From Sulfolobales archaeon (GTDB taxonomy: Archaea > Thermoproteota > Thermoprotei_A > Sulfolobales > AG1), in the NCBI GenBank assembly GCA_038867615.1, contig JAWBYA010000001.1, positions 577,473 to 641,472 of the forward strand: 64,000 nucleotides of DNA, written 5' to 3'. The translations under genes and the position numbers were made by a program. The notes under the pieces were generated by a model. It did not search any database, had not been told where the DNA came from, and saw only the letters and a list, made by a program, of their open reading frames with translations. Shown here piece after piece: positions 42,291 through 52,400 of this stretch. Numbering within the stretch: position 1 is the first letter of the stretch; each line of letters opens with the position of its first letter.

Positions 42291-43192
42291 ATAAGCCCTG
42301 TGCATTCTCAGGACAGTCGCTTATCTCGCATATCGAGGGCTCCCTCAGGATCGCTAGGATGCTGATCAGCGAGGGCTATGTAGATACAGTATCCCTGAGG
42401 CTGGCCAAGACCCTCAGGGGTAAAGTGGATCCCGGGGTTCTTGGGGATGTTGTTAGAGATATGATCGAGATCTCGGTGATCTTCCACGATATAGGTAAGG
42501 CTTTGAAGGTGTTTCAAGATTCATATAATGATAACTGCCTATGTATTCGTGAGGGGAGGTGTGGTTTCCCATACCATGAGATCTTTTCAGCGATCTATCT
42601 TTACATGTTCCTCGTTGGATTGTCTAAGGATTTCTCGAGGCTTTATGGGGATGCGCTTTTAGAGCCTATGCTAATGATTCCGGTAGCCTCTGTGATCAAC
42701 CATATGCATGCTTTGAGGAGCTATAGGGAGCTGAAGAGCGAGATCAATAGTATTGTTACTCGCAAGACTGGGGATATTGCCAGGTTAATAGAGAGGGGGA
42801 TATATTTTGAGGATCCTGAGGGACTGGCTAGGGAGATCCTTAGGTTCAAAGATCTATATTACGGCGTTAAGGTTAACGAGGATACGCTAGCCAGCTTGCT
42901 TGGGACAAGGCTGGATTCAACAGGCATGTTAAGTACTGCAGAGCAGATCGTTAAAGAGATGGGGAATGCAAGCACACAGCCATGGTCAAAGCTATATCTC
43001 TTGGTGCTAGTTCCCCTAAGCATTGGGGATAGCTGTGATAGTGCAGATAAAAGGGTCTCCGATCCTGGGGAGTTTGGTGGTAGGAAAGCCTATATCAGGG
43101 AGCTCTGCTGCAACTCGCTTGGATACTATTTAGGGAGTAGCGTGGGTGGTTTGGAAATGTGTAAAGACATGTCGAGGACTATGGGTGATTAG
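42287..43192 (+). CDS. cas3'': Cas3'' HD nuclease
   Basis: SLISH, FHDIGKA, YHEIFSA, NHMH, D..D..SA; ATGA overlap with cas3'. Confidence 0.92.
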   Translation: MNKPCAFSGQSLISHIEGSLRIARMLISEGYVDTVSLRLAKTLRGKVDPGVLGDVVRDMIEISVIFHDIGKALKVFQDSYNDNCLCIREGRCGFPYHEIFSAIYLYMFLVGLSKDFSRLYGDALLEPMLMIPVASVINHMHALRSYRELKSEINSIVTRKTGDIARLIERGIYFEDPEGLAREILRFKDLYYGVKVNEDTLASLLGTRLDSTGMLSTAEQIVKEMGNASTQPWSKLYLLVLVPLSIGDSCDSADKRVSDPGEFGGRKAYIRELCCNSLGYYLGSSVGGLEMCKDMSRTMGD

Positions 43193-43290
43193 AATGATGC
43201 CAAGTAGTAATATTAGTGTTTTTATTTCTGTGGGGTCTCGTATGTCTCGTTTTGTAAAATATGTTGAGGTAATAGGTGTGGGTGGGATCC

Positions 43291-44400
43291 ATGGCGGGTG
43301 TTAACCAGATCGAGATTAAACTCCCACCGACAATAGCTAGGGGATTCATACTAGCCTTGGTTAGACACATAGACGTGGGTCCCCAGAGAGGTGTTGAGGA
43401 GATAGAGCTTAGAGGCGATTCGGTTATCCTTAAGGGCCGCGATCCTGTTGGGGGGCTTGCAGATGCTATTAACCTTATCGCTGACTACATAGCTGACCAG
43501 GCGGGGCAGGATATTGGGGTTAGGCTGCCTATGAGTGGTAATGATAAGGGGATCGTTTCGAGGATCTTTCAATGCTACCAGGCGTCTTTAAAAGACGATC
43601 AGGAGAACCTTGCCCAGGTTGTTAGACAGATAGGCTCTACAATCTATAAGGTTAAATGCGGTGAGTCCAAGCTCCCCTCTATCCTTAAGCCTGAGATGTA
43701 TGAGTATACAAGGATTCCTGGATACCTGGGCGGGGATAGTAAGAGAAAGTTTGATGAGGAATACCCAGCCGAATCCGTTGTCCTAGCACTCATCGGGTAT
43801 CTCGGTGCAAGGGTTGGGGGTTATGGTGAGAGGAGAGCTGTGGCTCTTCTACCTCCTGATGAGGGTGGCTATAGTGCTAGGTATTTCTTTGAGAGGTACT
43901 CGAGATCTCTTAGGAATATGTGGGGTAGACAGATTAAGAGGAGGATGAGGTTTCCGGGTATAAATCCCGAGCCAGCTCTCACTATATGGCTTGCCCTCCA
44001 GCTCCCCGAGGTCGATAAGATCAACCTGGTATCGATTAGGGAACCTGCTGGGCAGGAGTCTGCAGTGCTTATCTCCTCCCTCTCCTTAACCCTTGATAGT
44101 GTCAAAAGATACGCGGATCTATGGGAATGTGTTGTTAGGGCTAATGAGAAGGGGCTCGTTGAGATGATCCTTGAGAGGGCTCTTAACCCGGATCCGAGGC
44201 GGAGGTCCGATCTTGCTGTTAAGGCCTCTGTATGGTTGTACGAGACGCTGGTGGGAGTTAGGAGGTTTGAGGAGACTGTATATATGATGTCTAGGGACTA
44301 TGTTTCAGCCTTGCTGACGAACACCGAGGCTGGGGAGGATGCTAGGATTCTGGCTATGCTTGCTAGGAGTCTCTATAGATGTTATTCCGGGCGGTCTTGA
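43291..44400 (+). CDS. Type I-A large subunit Cas8a/CsaX-like
   Basis: Position after cas3''; PMSGND, PSILKPEMYEYTRIPG motifs resembling CsaX. Confidence 0.7.
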   Translation: MAGVNQIEIKLPPTIARGFILALVRHIDVGPQRGVEEIELRGDSVILKGRDPVGGLADAINLIADYIADQAGQDIGVRLPMSGNDKGIVSRIFQCYQASLKDDQENLAQVVRQIGSTIYKVKCGESKLPSILKPEMYEYTRIPGYLGGDSKRKFDEEYPAESVVLALIGYLGARVGGYGERRAVALLPPDEGGYSARYFFERYSRSLRNMWGRQIKRRMRFPGINPEPALTIWLALQLPEVDKINLVSIREPAGQESAVLISSLSLTLDSVKRYADLWECVVRANEKGLVEMILERALNPDPRRRSDLAVKASVWLYETLVGVRRFEETVYMMSRDYVSALLTNTEAGEDARILAMLARSLYRCYSGRS

Positions 44401-45527
44401 TGAGTGCTCCAGCTTCTCTGACGCCCAATGCTTTTCTTGCTATCAAGATGGTTGTCGAGGCTCTCAGCTCTGTTGAGAGGGATATTGTCTATCTAGGTCT
44501 CTCTGAGAGCGGTTTCTATGAGGAGAGGGAGTTTAACGTCTATCTCTACGACCCTCTAGGCTCTGGTCTCGGTTCTTTCGATGCTACCGACTATCTCTTG
44601 AGCTTTTCTGACGAGAGGCCCTATACTGGTTATCTCGATAGCTCCTCTAGATCTATTTCTTTCCTCGGCGCAAGGGTTTTTGTCGGTTCCGGCTATGCCT
44701 TTGATTCTGGGAGGCATCTCCTAATCCCCCAGGGTCTAGGCTTCCCATTCCTCGCTGTCAAGGCTGGTGGGAGGGCTATAGAGGCTCTTAGAAAGATCAT
44801 CGGGGGTATTGCTTTTCTTGAGAGTCCTTCTGGCGAGATCTATGGTTCTGATTATAAGGATGATAATATTCTTGACGAGCTCAGGCTGAGGATCGAGAAC
44901 CGCCTGCTAAGCCTTATGACCCGCAAGCTGATCCTTATAGATGGTCCTATCTTTCCAGTACCGCTTGCCTATATAGAGACCTTTGGTGAGAGGTACCGTG
45001 CTGCTTTTGAGAAGCTCTATGAAGAGAGATCCAGTCTGATCGGTAGGCTTGTTGGTATTGTTAAGAGGCTTGAGCAGACCTACAAGCTATACAGGGTTGA
45101 GGAGGTGAGGAGATTCTTCGAGAACACCGTTGGGGGTAAAAATATAGGCCGTATCCCCGACCCTGTTATCCTCTCAAGGCTTGCTGGGAATAAGAAGATA
45201 TACTCGATGGGTGTTTTTAAGGAGGAGTTTACTGATCTTGGTAATAGGTATATGATCTATGTTTATGTTAGGAGCCCCTCGGGTGCTAGGGTTTTTAGGG
45301 TTGAGTCTATGGATAGGGTTGCCTTGATGGAGGTTGCTGGCTATCTACTCAAAAGCCTCTCCCACACAGGGCTCCCGATCGATATAGAGGTTGCTGATAG
45401 GATCTCTAGGAGGCTCTCGGCCTCAGCCTATATGGCTCTATATGCTCTTGGCTCTAGATCCCTCGGCGTCTCTCACGATGAGAGGTCAAGGCTACCCCTG
45501 ATCCTGGGTGAGGTTAATGAGGCCTGA
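44400..45527 (+). CDS. nurA: NurA-family nuclease (CRISPR-associated)
   Basis: YLDSS, LILIDGP, VGIVKR, GLP....AD..SR motifs; TGATG coupling with the cas8a stop. Confidence 0.8.
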   Translation: MSAPASLTPNAFLAIKMVVEALSSVERDIVYLGLSESGFYEEREFNVYLYDPLGSGLGSFDATDYLLSFSDERPYTGYLDSSSRSISFLGARVFVGSGYAFDSGRHLLIPQGLGFPFLAVKAGGRAIEALRKIIGGIAFLESPSGEIYGSDYKDDNILDELRLRIENRLLSLMTRKLILIDGPIFPVPLAYIETFGERYRAAFEKLYEERSSLIGRLVGIVKRLEQTYKLYRVEEVRRFFENTVGGKNIGRIPDPVILSRLAGNKKIYSMGVFKEEFTDLGNRYMIYVYVRSPSGARVFRVESMDRVALMEVAGYLLKSLSHTGLPIDIEVADRISRRLSASAYMALYALGSRSLGVSHDERSRLPLILGEVNEA

Positions 45528-47223
45528 GGATCTTACGAAGGATCTCGGGCTAATGGTTAGGGAGGCTGAGGAGAAGGCTTCAAGGGCTGGGGAGATGGTT
45601 ATAGGGCATGTCTCTAGAGCCTCTCCAGCCCAGGTTTCCCTCGAATCCAGGGTTGTCTCTGTCTATATCTCCTTCGAGGATTACTTGAGGAGCAGGGGTA
45701 GGGTTAGGGTTGGCTCCTACCTAGGGATCTCTGTCCCTATCCAGAGGGTCTTGATCCTTGCTAGGGTTGTTGGTGTTGAGAGGCAGGATATCTTATCGAT
45801 AGCAAGGCTTCCCGACCTATCGGGGCAGAGGGATCCCGAGGGCTCTGTGACGCCTGTGCTTGTTAGTGTTGAGGCCGTCTCTGAGAGGTCTTTCGATGGT
45901 GGTGATACACTCCCAGCACTCTCACCCATAGAGCCCCAATCCCCCGTGTTTATACCGAGGGCTTCTTTCTTATCCGAGATGCTCGGGCTCCCGGGTAGTG
46001 GTGTTCTTATTGGTTCTCTGTTTGAGTCTGGTGTTGTTAGGGGGGATGTTGGTGTTAGGCTTGATGAGAAGATCCTGAGGCACCATGTGCTTGTTATAGG
46101 GACGACTGGTAGTGGTAAGACCACTCTTCTCACAAGGATCTTTCTAGACCCCTCGTACCAATCCCTCGCACTCGATATCCAGGGTGACTATGTTAGGAGG
46201 CTTGTGGGTAGGGGTGGGGGTGAGAACTATATCTTGCTCCCCCTCACGCGGGAGCTTGTTAGAAGCCTCTGTAGATCTCGGGCGTGTGATGAGAGGTTCT
46301 ACACAGAGGTTCTGCCCGAGTTCTATGCTAGGTTGAGGGGGCTTCCCAGCCCCATGGTGGTTGGTGTTGAGAGTATCGCTGACCATGGTGGTGTGAGGGT
46401 TGGTTTTGGTAAGATCGAGTCTGTATTGATCCCGTTTGCCTTCAGGTTTTCAGAGATCTATCCAGAGGCTAACAGGATCCTACCCCTCCTCTCTCAACAG
46501 GCCTCGGTGTTCTTCAGATCTCTTGCTGAGAAGTGTGTGAGGGAATATACCCAGGGTCGAGGGCTCGATGCCTTTATAAACTGTATCTCGAGGGAGGGGG
46601 AGAGGATCAAGCTCCATAAATCCACGATAGATAGTATTGCGAGATATATCATAGCCCTCGCAAACTCCGAGGTTGTTGATGTAGCCATTGGGAGGGATCT
46701 TGTGGGGGAGCCGGATTATGGGGCCCTCTTTAGAGGGGGATCCAAGGTTGTCCTCGATCTTGGTATAGCGCGTGACTATGGATCGAGGTTCGCACCCAAC
46801 ATGATCGCGTATAGAGTGCTCTCAAAGGTCTTTAGCTATAGGGATGAGCTCTACAAGAGTGGAAGGGTTAGTGATACGATACTCCTCATCATAGACGAGG
46901 CCCACGAGTTCTTCCCACAGAGCGGGAGGGATTTCGAGAAAGAACCCCTCGAGGAGATGATCAACAAGATCATGAGGCTCGGAAGACTAAGAGGACTTGG
47001 ATGCATCATGGCGACCCACAGGCCCCAGGATCTAAACAACCTCGTAATAGAGCTAGCAAACACAAAAATAGCGCTGAGAAGCGATGAGGAAACACTCAAG
47101 AGCATAGGTATGGAGAAATACACAAAAATACTCGAAACAGCCCCAGAAGGCCTGGCCGTGATAAAAACCCACGGATACAGAGTGCCAGAGCTAACAATAA
47201 GGGTTTCCCCACCAGAGCAGTAA
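45517..47223 (+). CDS. herA: HerA-family ATPase/DNA translocase
   Basis: N-terminal HAS-barrel-like region, HVLVIGTTGSGKT (Walker A), LDIQGDY, IIDEAHEF (Walker B), RLGRLRG, ATHRP. Confidence 0.9.
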   Translation: MRPEDLTKDLGLMVREAEEKASRAGEMVIGHVSRASPAQVSLESRVVSVYISFEDYLRSRGRVRVGSYLGISVPIQRVLILARVVGVERQDILSIARLPDLSGQRDPEGSVTPVLVSVEAVSERSFDGGDTLPALSPIEPQSPVFIPRASFLSEMLGLPGSGVLIGSLFESGVVRGDVGVRLDEKILRHHVLVIGTTGSGKTTLLTRIFLDPSYQSLALDIQGDYVRRLVGRGGGENYILLPLTRELVRSLCRSRACDERFYTEVLPEFYARLRGLPSPMVVGVESIADHGGVRVGFGKIESVLIPFAFRFSEIYPEANRILPLLSQQASVFFRSLAEKCVREYTQGRGLDAFINCISREGERIKLHKSTIDSIARYIIALANSEVVDVAIGRDLVGEPDYGALFRGGSKVVLDLGIARDYGSRFAPNMIAYRVLSKVFSYRDELYKSGRVSDTILLIIDEAHEFFPQSGRDFEKEPLEEMINKIMRLGRLRGLGCIMATHRPQDLNNLVIELANTKIALRSDEETLKSIGMEKYTKILETAPEGLAVIKTHGYRVPELTIRVSPPEQ

Positions 47224-47244
47224 CAGATCAACAGGGCGACGGGG

Positions 47245-47490
47245 TTGGGAGGGCTAGAGTCTGACGAATCGGCCGAGCTAGAGCAGCTGGCCGAACTAAA
47301 AGCAAGGGTTATCTGTTACCCGTTTAAGGATGAAAGCAAGAGATCCAAGTGCGTCGAGTTTTTAACAAAAATGATGACCTATGGAGAAGCCGCTAGAGAC
47401 GCCTCCGAGGAGATGAAGAAGAGCTTCAGCAATGAAGAGATAGGGTTGATTCTTAAGAGGCTTAAGTTTCACATCACAAAATTCGGCTAG
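47245..47490 (+). CDS. Small hypothetical protein at end of cas operon
   Basis: 81 aa, helical, 21 bp after the herA stop. Confidence 0.6.
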   Translation: MGGLESDESAELEQLAELKARVICYPFKDESKRSKCVEFLTKMMTYGEAARDASEEMKKSFSNEEIGLILKRLKFHITKFG

Positions 47491-47570
47491 AAAGTAGGAT
47501 TAAGCAGAACAGCCTCTAGCTCTAGAGGGCCATAATAGGAGAGCATTGCTGACTCTCGAGGAGATCTGTT

Positions 47571-48749
47571 CTATTTTTTCCAAACCCAGTATTCGTAGCC
47601 ATGGAGTGGTTCTTTTAGCAATTGCTCTTTGATTAGATAGTCTATCGCCTCGCTGAATACTAGGTGGTATAGCCAGCAGAAGAACTCTGGGAAGTTAGCA
47701 TATTCGCTTGCCCTCATTTTCCTAAATGTGCTCTGGATCTTGTCGAGGTTTTTGTAGATGGTTTTGAGGATATGTTTTGACATGTGGTCTATGAATTCGT
47801 CTATGATCCTCATGTCTTCTTTTGTATATATCGGGGCTTGGGGGCTTAGGTTCTCGTCTAGGTATAGCCATTCTTTTAGATATTCTGCTGCCTCTCTGTT
47901 TATCTCGTAGCTGGGGTCTTGGTATTTTCTCTCATACTCCCCCATGATCCTTGTTACCATGTCTTCTAGCCTCTTGTTTATTGTTTCTCTCTCGCGGGCT
48001 GGGAGTTTTACATATTTTTCCAAAGCCTTTGAGATGTTCTCCTCGCCCAGTATTTTTGCTAATAGCCTGAGCAGCGAGTAATCCGGTGGAGGGATCCTCC
48101 GCCTCTCCCTCTCTCCCCCGAAGGTTGCGAACCCGTATTCGCCTATCTCGGCGCTGTGCATTCCGTAGCGGCCTAGATTCTCCATCCCATCTTCAACGCC
48201 CCACATGTAGTAGCGCCCGCCCTTCCTTACAGGGGCTTCCGGCATGATCCTCCCCTCCTCAGCAAACTTTCTCAACATACCCATATCTAGGGAGTAGGCA
48301 CCAATCAAGACGAAACCGACCCTGCTGAACGGGTATCTCCGCGAGGCGGAGAGCCTATTATAGGTCTCCAGAACAGTATCCCAGTTAGCCCTGTAGAGCT
48401 CGCCAAGCTCAACGCCTAAACTCCTAGCAAGATCTTTAGCGATCACCACATCCTCCCTCAAAGCGATAAAGAAGCCGGGAACCAGGCGTTCTTCCCTCTC
48501 CACAACGAGATCTGCTTCCCTCAGATACCCCAAATGATCCTCCACATCCTGCTTCGAAACGCCGAGCAGCCTGGCTATGCTCTCCACGGAGTAGCCCAGA
48601 TGGAGCCCTACCACGATACCCCTGCGAACATGATCACGAAGGATCTCGTAGGGATCGTATTCCGTGCAGCAGCTACCAGCAATAATTATGCTAAGCCTCG
48701 CAGCCCTCTCGTTCAAATCCCTAATAAGACCCACACCTACAGCACCCAC
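47571..48749 (-). CDS. Hypothetical protein with N-terminal winged HTH
   Basis: SVESIARLLGVSKQDVEDHLGYLREADLV HTH pattern; unrecognised C-terminal ~290 aa. Confidence 0.7.
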   Translation of the reverse strand: MGAVGVGLIRDLNERAARLSIIIAGSCCTEYDPYEILRDHVRRGIVVGLHLGYSVESIARLLGVSKQDVEDHLGYLREADLVVEREERLVPGFFIALREDVVIAKDLARSLGVELGELYRANWDTVLETYNRLSASRRYPFSRVGFVLIGAYSLDMGMLRKFAEEGRIMPEAPVRKGGRYYMWGVEDGMENLGRYGMHSAEIGEYGFATFGGERERRRIPPPDYSLLRLLAKILGEENISKALEKYVKLPARERETINKRLEDMVTRIMGEYERKYQDPSYEINREAAEYLKEWLYLDENLSPQAPIYTKEDMRIIDEFIDHMSKHILKTIYKNLDKIQSTFRKMRASEYANFPEFFCWLYHLVFSEAIDYLIKEQLLKEPLHGYEYWVWKK

Positions 48750-49269
48750 ATAGATAAACCTAATCCTCTAATAACACTTTCAATTCCCATGATAATCGAT
48801 GTCTGCCCTAGGCTTGCTCTTTTCCCACGGATTGTGAGGAAAGAGACAGCTTGGGGATCCCAGAGACCCCAATACTCCTTGGCGTGTTAATGTTGGCTTC
48901 ACAACCCTAGCTAACCTCATGCTGATCTGTAGTTGCTGAACTTTTACGGCATGGGTGAGATAAAGGGGATATCAGCATTTACCCCCTAGCAGGCTGCCTA
49001 GAGAGGCTGGGGCTGCTACTAGGCTAGCTAGCGGAACAGGTTCCTGAGGCTATATTGAGCTTGCGGAGCATAGGTAGGATATGCAGGGAGGAGAGCTGGG
49101 AGGCCGAGGCGTATCTCTTCCCTAGGTGTTACTCTATGTCTTGTTTAAATACGCTTTCCATGAGATCTTTTGCCATATGTGTTGCTGTATGTCTGTATTC
49201 TGATCCTCCCACCAGATCCATATGGTTGGTATTTTAAAGTTCATGCCGCCATTATTATAGGCGACTAAG

Positions 49270-49406
49270 GTGTTCTCGGCTAGAAAGAGACGTTTGCTAG
49301 TGATCTTATCCGTGTTGGTGTTATCAGCATTAATGATACCTATTATCGCACCTATGCTGTTAAAAGCTCCTTCCCCAGGTGTTCCTAGTGCTCCTGGAAA
49401 GATCGT
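49270..49406 (+). pseudogene. 5' fragment of a signal-anchored protein gene running into the terminal repeat
   Basis: MFSARKRRLLVILSVLVLSALMIPIIAPMLLKAPSPGVPSAPGKIV, then repeat sequence. Confidence 0.4.
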
Positions 49407-52400
49407 CTTTCAATTCTATAGCAGATCTTCCTGGATAAAAATCGGGGCGAGAAAAGTAAGGCTATACTGTCTCCTTTCAATTCTATAGCAGATCTTCTTC
49501 AAGCATACACAAGAACCAAAAAAGCATTCTATGCATCTTTCAATTCTATAGCAGATCTTCTAAGACCTTGGGAAGGGAAAGATCTCTTTAGGATCGAGAT
49601 CTTTCAATTCTATAGCAGATCTTCCACGTATTGCGTGTGCACTGACTTTAACCGCGCTTACTGAGGTCTTTCAATTCTATAGCAGATCTTCACACGGTGG
49701 TTTGGTTTAGATCCGGTGATCCGGGGTTTACTTTCAATTCTATAGCAGATCTTCATATGTAGGCGGATAGCTGATAAGATTAACGATGTGTTTGCGCTTT
49801 CAATTCTATAGCAGATCTTCACTAGTCCCCCCTATGCAGATTCAAGCAGTAGTGAAAGTAAGACTTTCAATTCTATAGTAGATCTTCTAATACATTTGGT
49901 AGATTTCAAGTGCTTCTGCTAGAATGTCACCTTTCAATTCTATAGTAGATCTTCCTACGGCTACAAATGTTAGCCTTGGCTATCATATTACTTCCTTTCA
50001 ATTCTATAGTAGATCTTCAGGGCTTATAGGAAGCATAGGATCTGGGCTGGGAGGTGCGGTAGCCTTTCAATTCTATAGTAGATCTTCCCCCGGCCCCACC
50101 CCCCCACCACACCCCCAACCCCGGCCTTTCAATTCTATAGTAGATCTTCGGTATGACGATCTTGCTGAGAAGCTTTTGAAGGTTGGTGTTCTTTCAATTC
50201 TATAGTAGATCTTCTATGTTTTTTCGAAGGTTGGTGAGGCGCCGTATCTGGCTCTTTCAATTCTATAGTAGATCTTCGGATCTAGAATCTGTATAGATAT
50301 AGACGCACTCTGTATATCTTTCAATTCTATAGTAGATCTTCAGGGCTGGTGGTCCGCAGGTCCACAGGTCCGCAGTGTGGGCTTTCAATTCTATAGTAGA
50401 TCTTCGCGGGGTTTTGCTGGGGTCTCGGGTGTTACCCCCCTTTGTCTTTCAATTCTATAGTAGATCTTCCCGATGTCTGTGCCCTGATGCTTGTTACGAG
50501 GCTTGTGTTCTTTCAATTCTATAGTAGATCTTCTTAACAGTAGCAGATGTCGCTGAGGCAGAGGCCTGGGTTGCCCCTTTCAATTCTATAGTAGATCTTC
50601 AGGCTAGCTGGATTTGTGATCACAGGCGTAGCTACATATACCTCTTTCAATTCTATAGTAGATCTTCCCGCCGTGGCCCGTGAACATGTAGTGATGATCG
50701 GGCCACCCTTTCAATTCTATAGTAGATCTTCGAGCGATACTCAACCCACGGAGACCCCGAGGCCCTGTTAACTTTCAATTCTATAGTAGATCTTCTACAG
50801 GGCTGCTAGATATCTTACTAGGGCGCTCTCACGCTTTCAATTCTATAGTAGATCTTCTGGATACACTGGCTATAGGCACATCCTTCCAGTGTTTGATCTT
50901 TCAATTCTATAGTAGATCTTCGAGATAAGCTGTATGTGATCGTTATGGCGTTAGTAATAGTGCCAACTTTCAATTCTATAGTAGATCTTCCCACGCAATG
51001 AAGCTATAATCACACTGAGCGAGTTGAATGATACTTTCAATTCTATAGTAGATCTTCAGAAGAAGCAACACTATACGCTAACATAGGGGATCTCCAGCTT
51101 TCAATTCTATAGTAGATCTTCTTGATGAATGCTATTGCTACTGATATACAGAAATTGGCAGAGCTTTCAATTCTATAGTAGATCTTCGGGATTTCTCACT
51201 GGAGGTGGTGGGGGTGGCTTGAACCTGCTTTCAATTCTATAGTAGATCTTCTTAAGAAAATGGATAGGGAAACCGCACTAAAAGAGTGTCTTTCAATTCT
51301 ATAGTAGATCTTCCTCTCCCAACCACTCCCCACCAAACTCAAAGACGTGCCTTTCAATTCTATAGTAGATCTTCTCCACCTTTACAAGGCATACTCTCTA
51401 AAGTTTACGGCTTACACTTTCAATTCTATAGTAGATCTTCTATAATGCCGAGCCAGTTCCTTGATTCCTCGACACGCCATATCCTTTCAATTCTATAGTA
51501 GATCTTCCCTTAGCGTGGTGTGGAGACCCGCTCTTAGATGCTTGGTCTTTCAATTCTATAGTAGATCTTCTTGGTGCTCTAGTAGCAGCTCTAGCTAGGG
51601 TAGCTGGTAGAACTTTCAATTCTATAGTAGATCTTCCGAGGCAGACACCGATGAACCCGGCCCCTGCCCAAGATCTTTCAATTCTATAGTAGATCTTCAC
51701 GGGGCGGAAACATATATCATCACATGGGACGACTTTCAATTCTATAGTAGATCTTCGCTCCCAAAGAGATGCGACGAGGAGCCCGGCATATGTATAGACT
51801 TTCAATTCTATAGTAGATCTTCAGGTATTTCGATGCCTCGTCCTCCAATGTTGAGAGCGATATATGCTTTCAATTCTATAGTAGATCTTCTGCTGAGACA
51901 AACACCCCACCAACCATAGAATAGCAGACTTTCAATTCTATAGTAGATCTTCAATCTACCAACAACTACGGACATATACCCACCTATATCTTTCAATTCT
52001 ATAGTAGATCTTCTGGTCTCACCATTGCCGATGCGAAGGCGTATCTCTCGAGCTTTCAATTCTATAGTAGATCTTCTATATCATTGGGAGGGTTGTCATG
52101 CCGCTTAAGGAGCCTGAGCTTTCAATTCTATAGTAGATCTTCGAAGATAAAGGAGCTGCTGAGCCCAGTCCTTGTGAAGATCTGAGCTTTCAATTCTATA
52201 GTAGATCTTCTCGCGTATTACAGGGACTATGGTCTGAGGCTCGTCTGTAGGACTTTCAATTCTATAGTAGATCTTCAGATATTCTCCAGGCATGTGAGCA
52301 GGGCCTCGGCGACTCTTTCAATTCTATAGTAGATCTTCGGGGGTCGCTGAAGCTGTCGGCAGCTGGTATGGTTGCTGTCTTTCAATTCTATAGTAGATCT

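Noticed and set aside
43193-43290. Gap between cas3'' and cas8a as a possible CreTA-like RNA site
   Set aside because: No repeat-like sequence or convincing hairpin visible
48777-48800. CTTTCAATTC half-repeat upstream of the wHTH gene
   Set aside because: Only about 14/24 identity, and on the minus strand it reads as a plausible BRE/TATA (GAAAGTGTTATTA) at promoter distance
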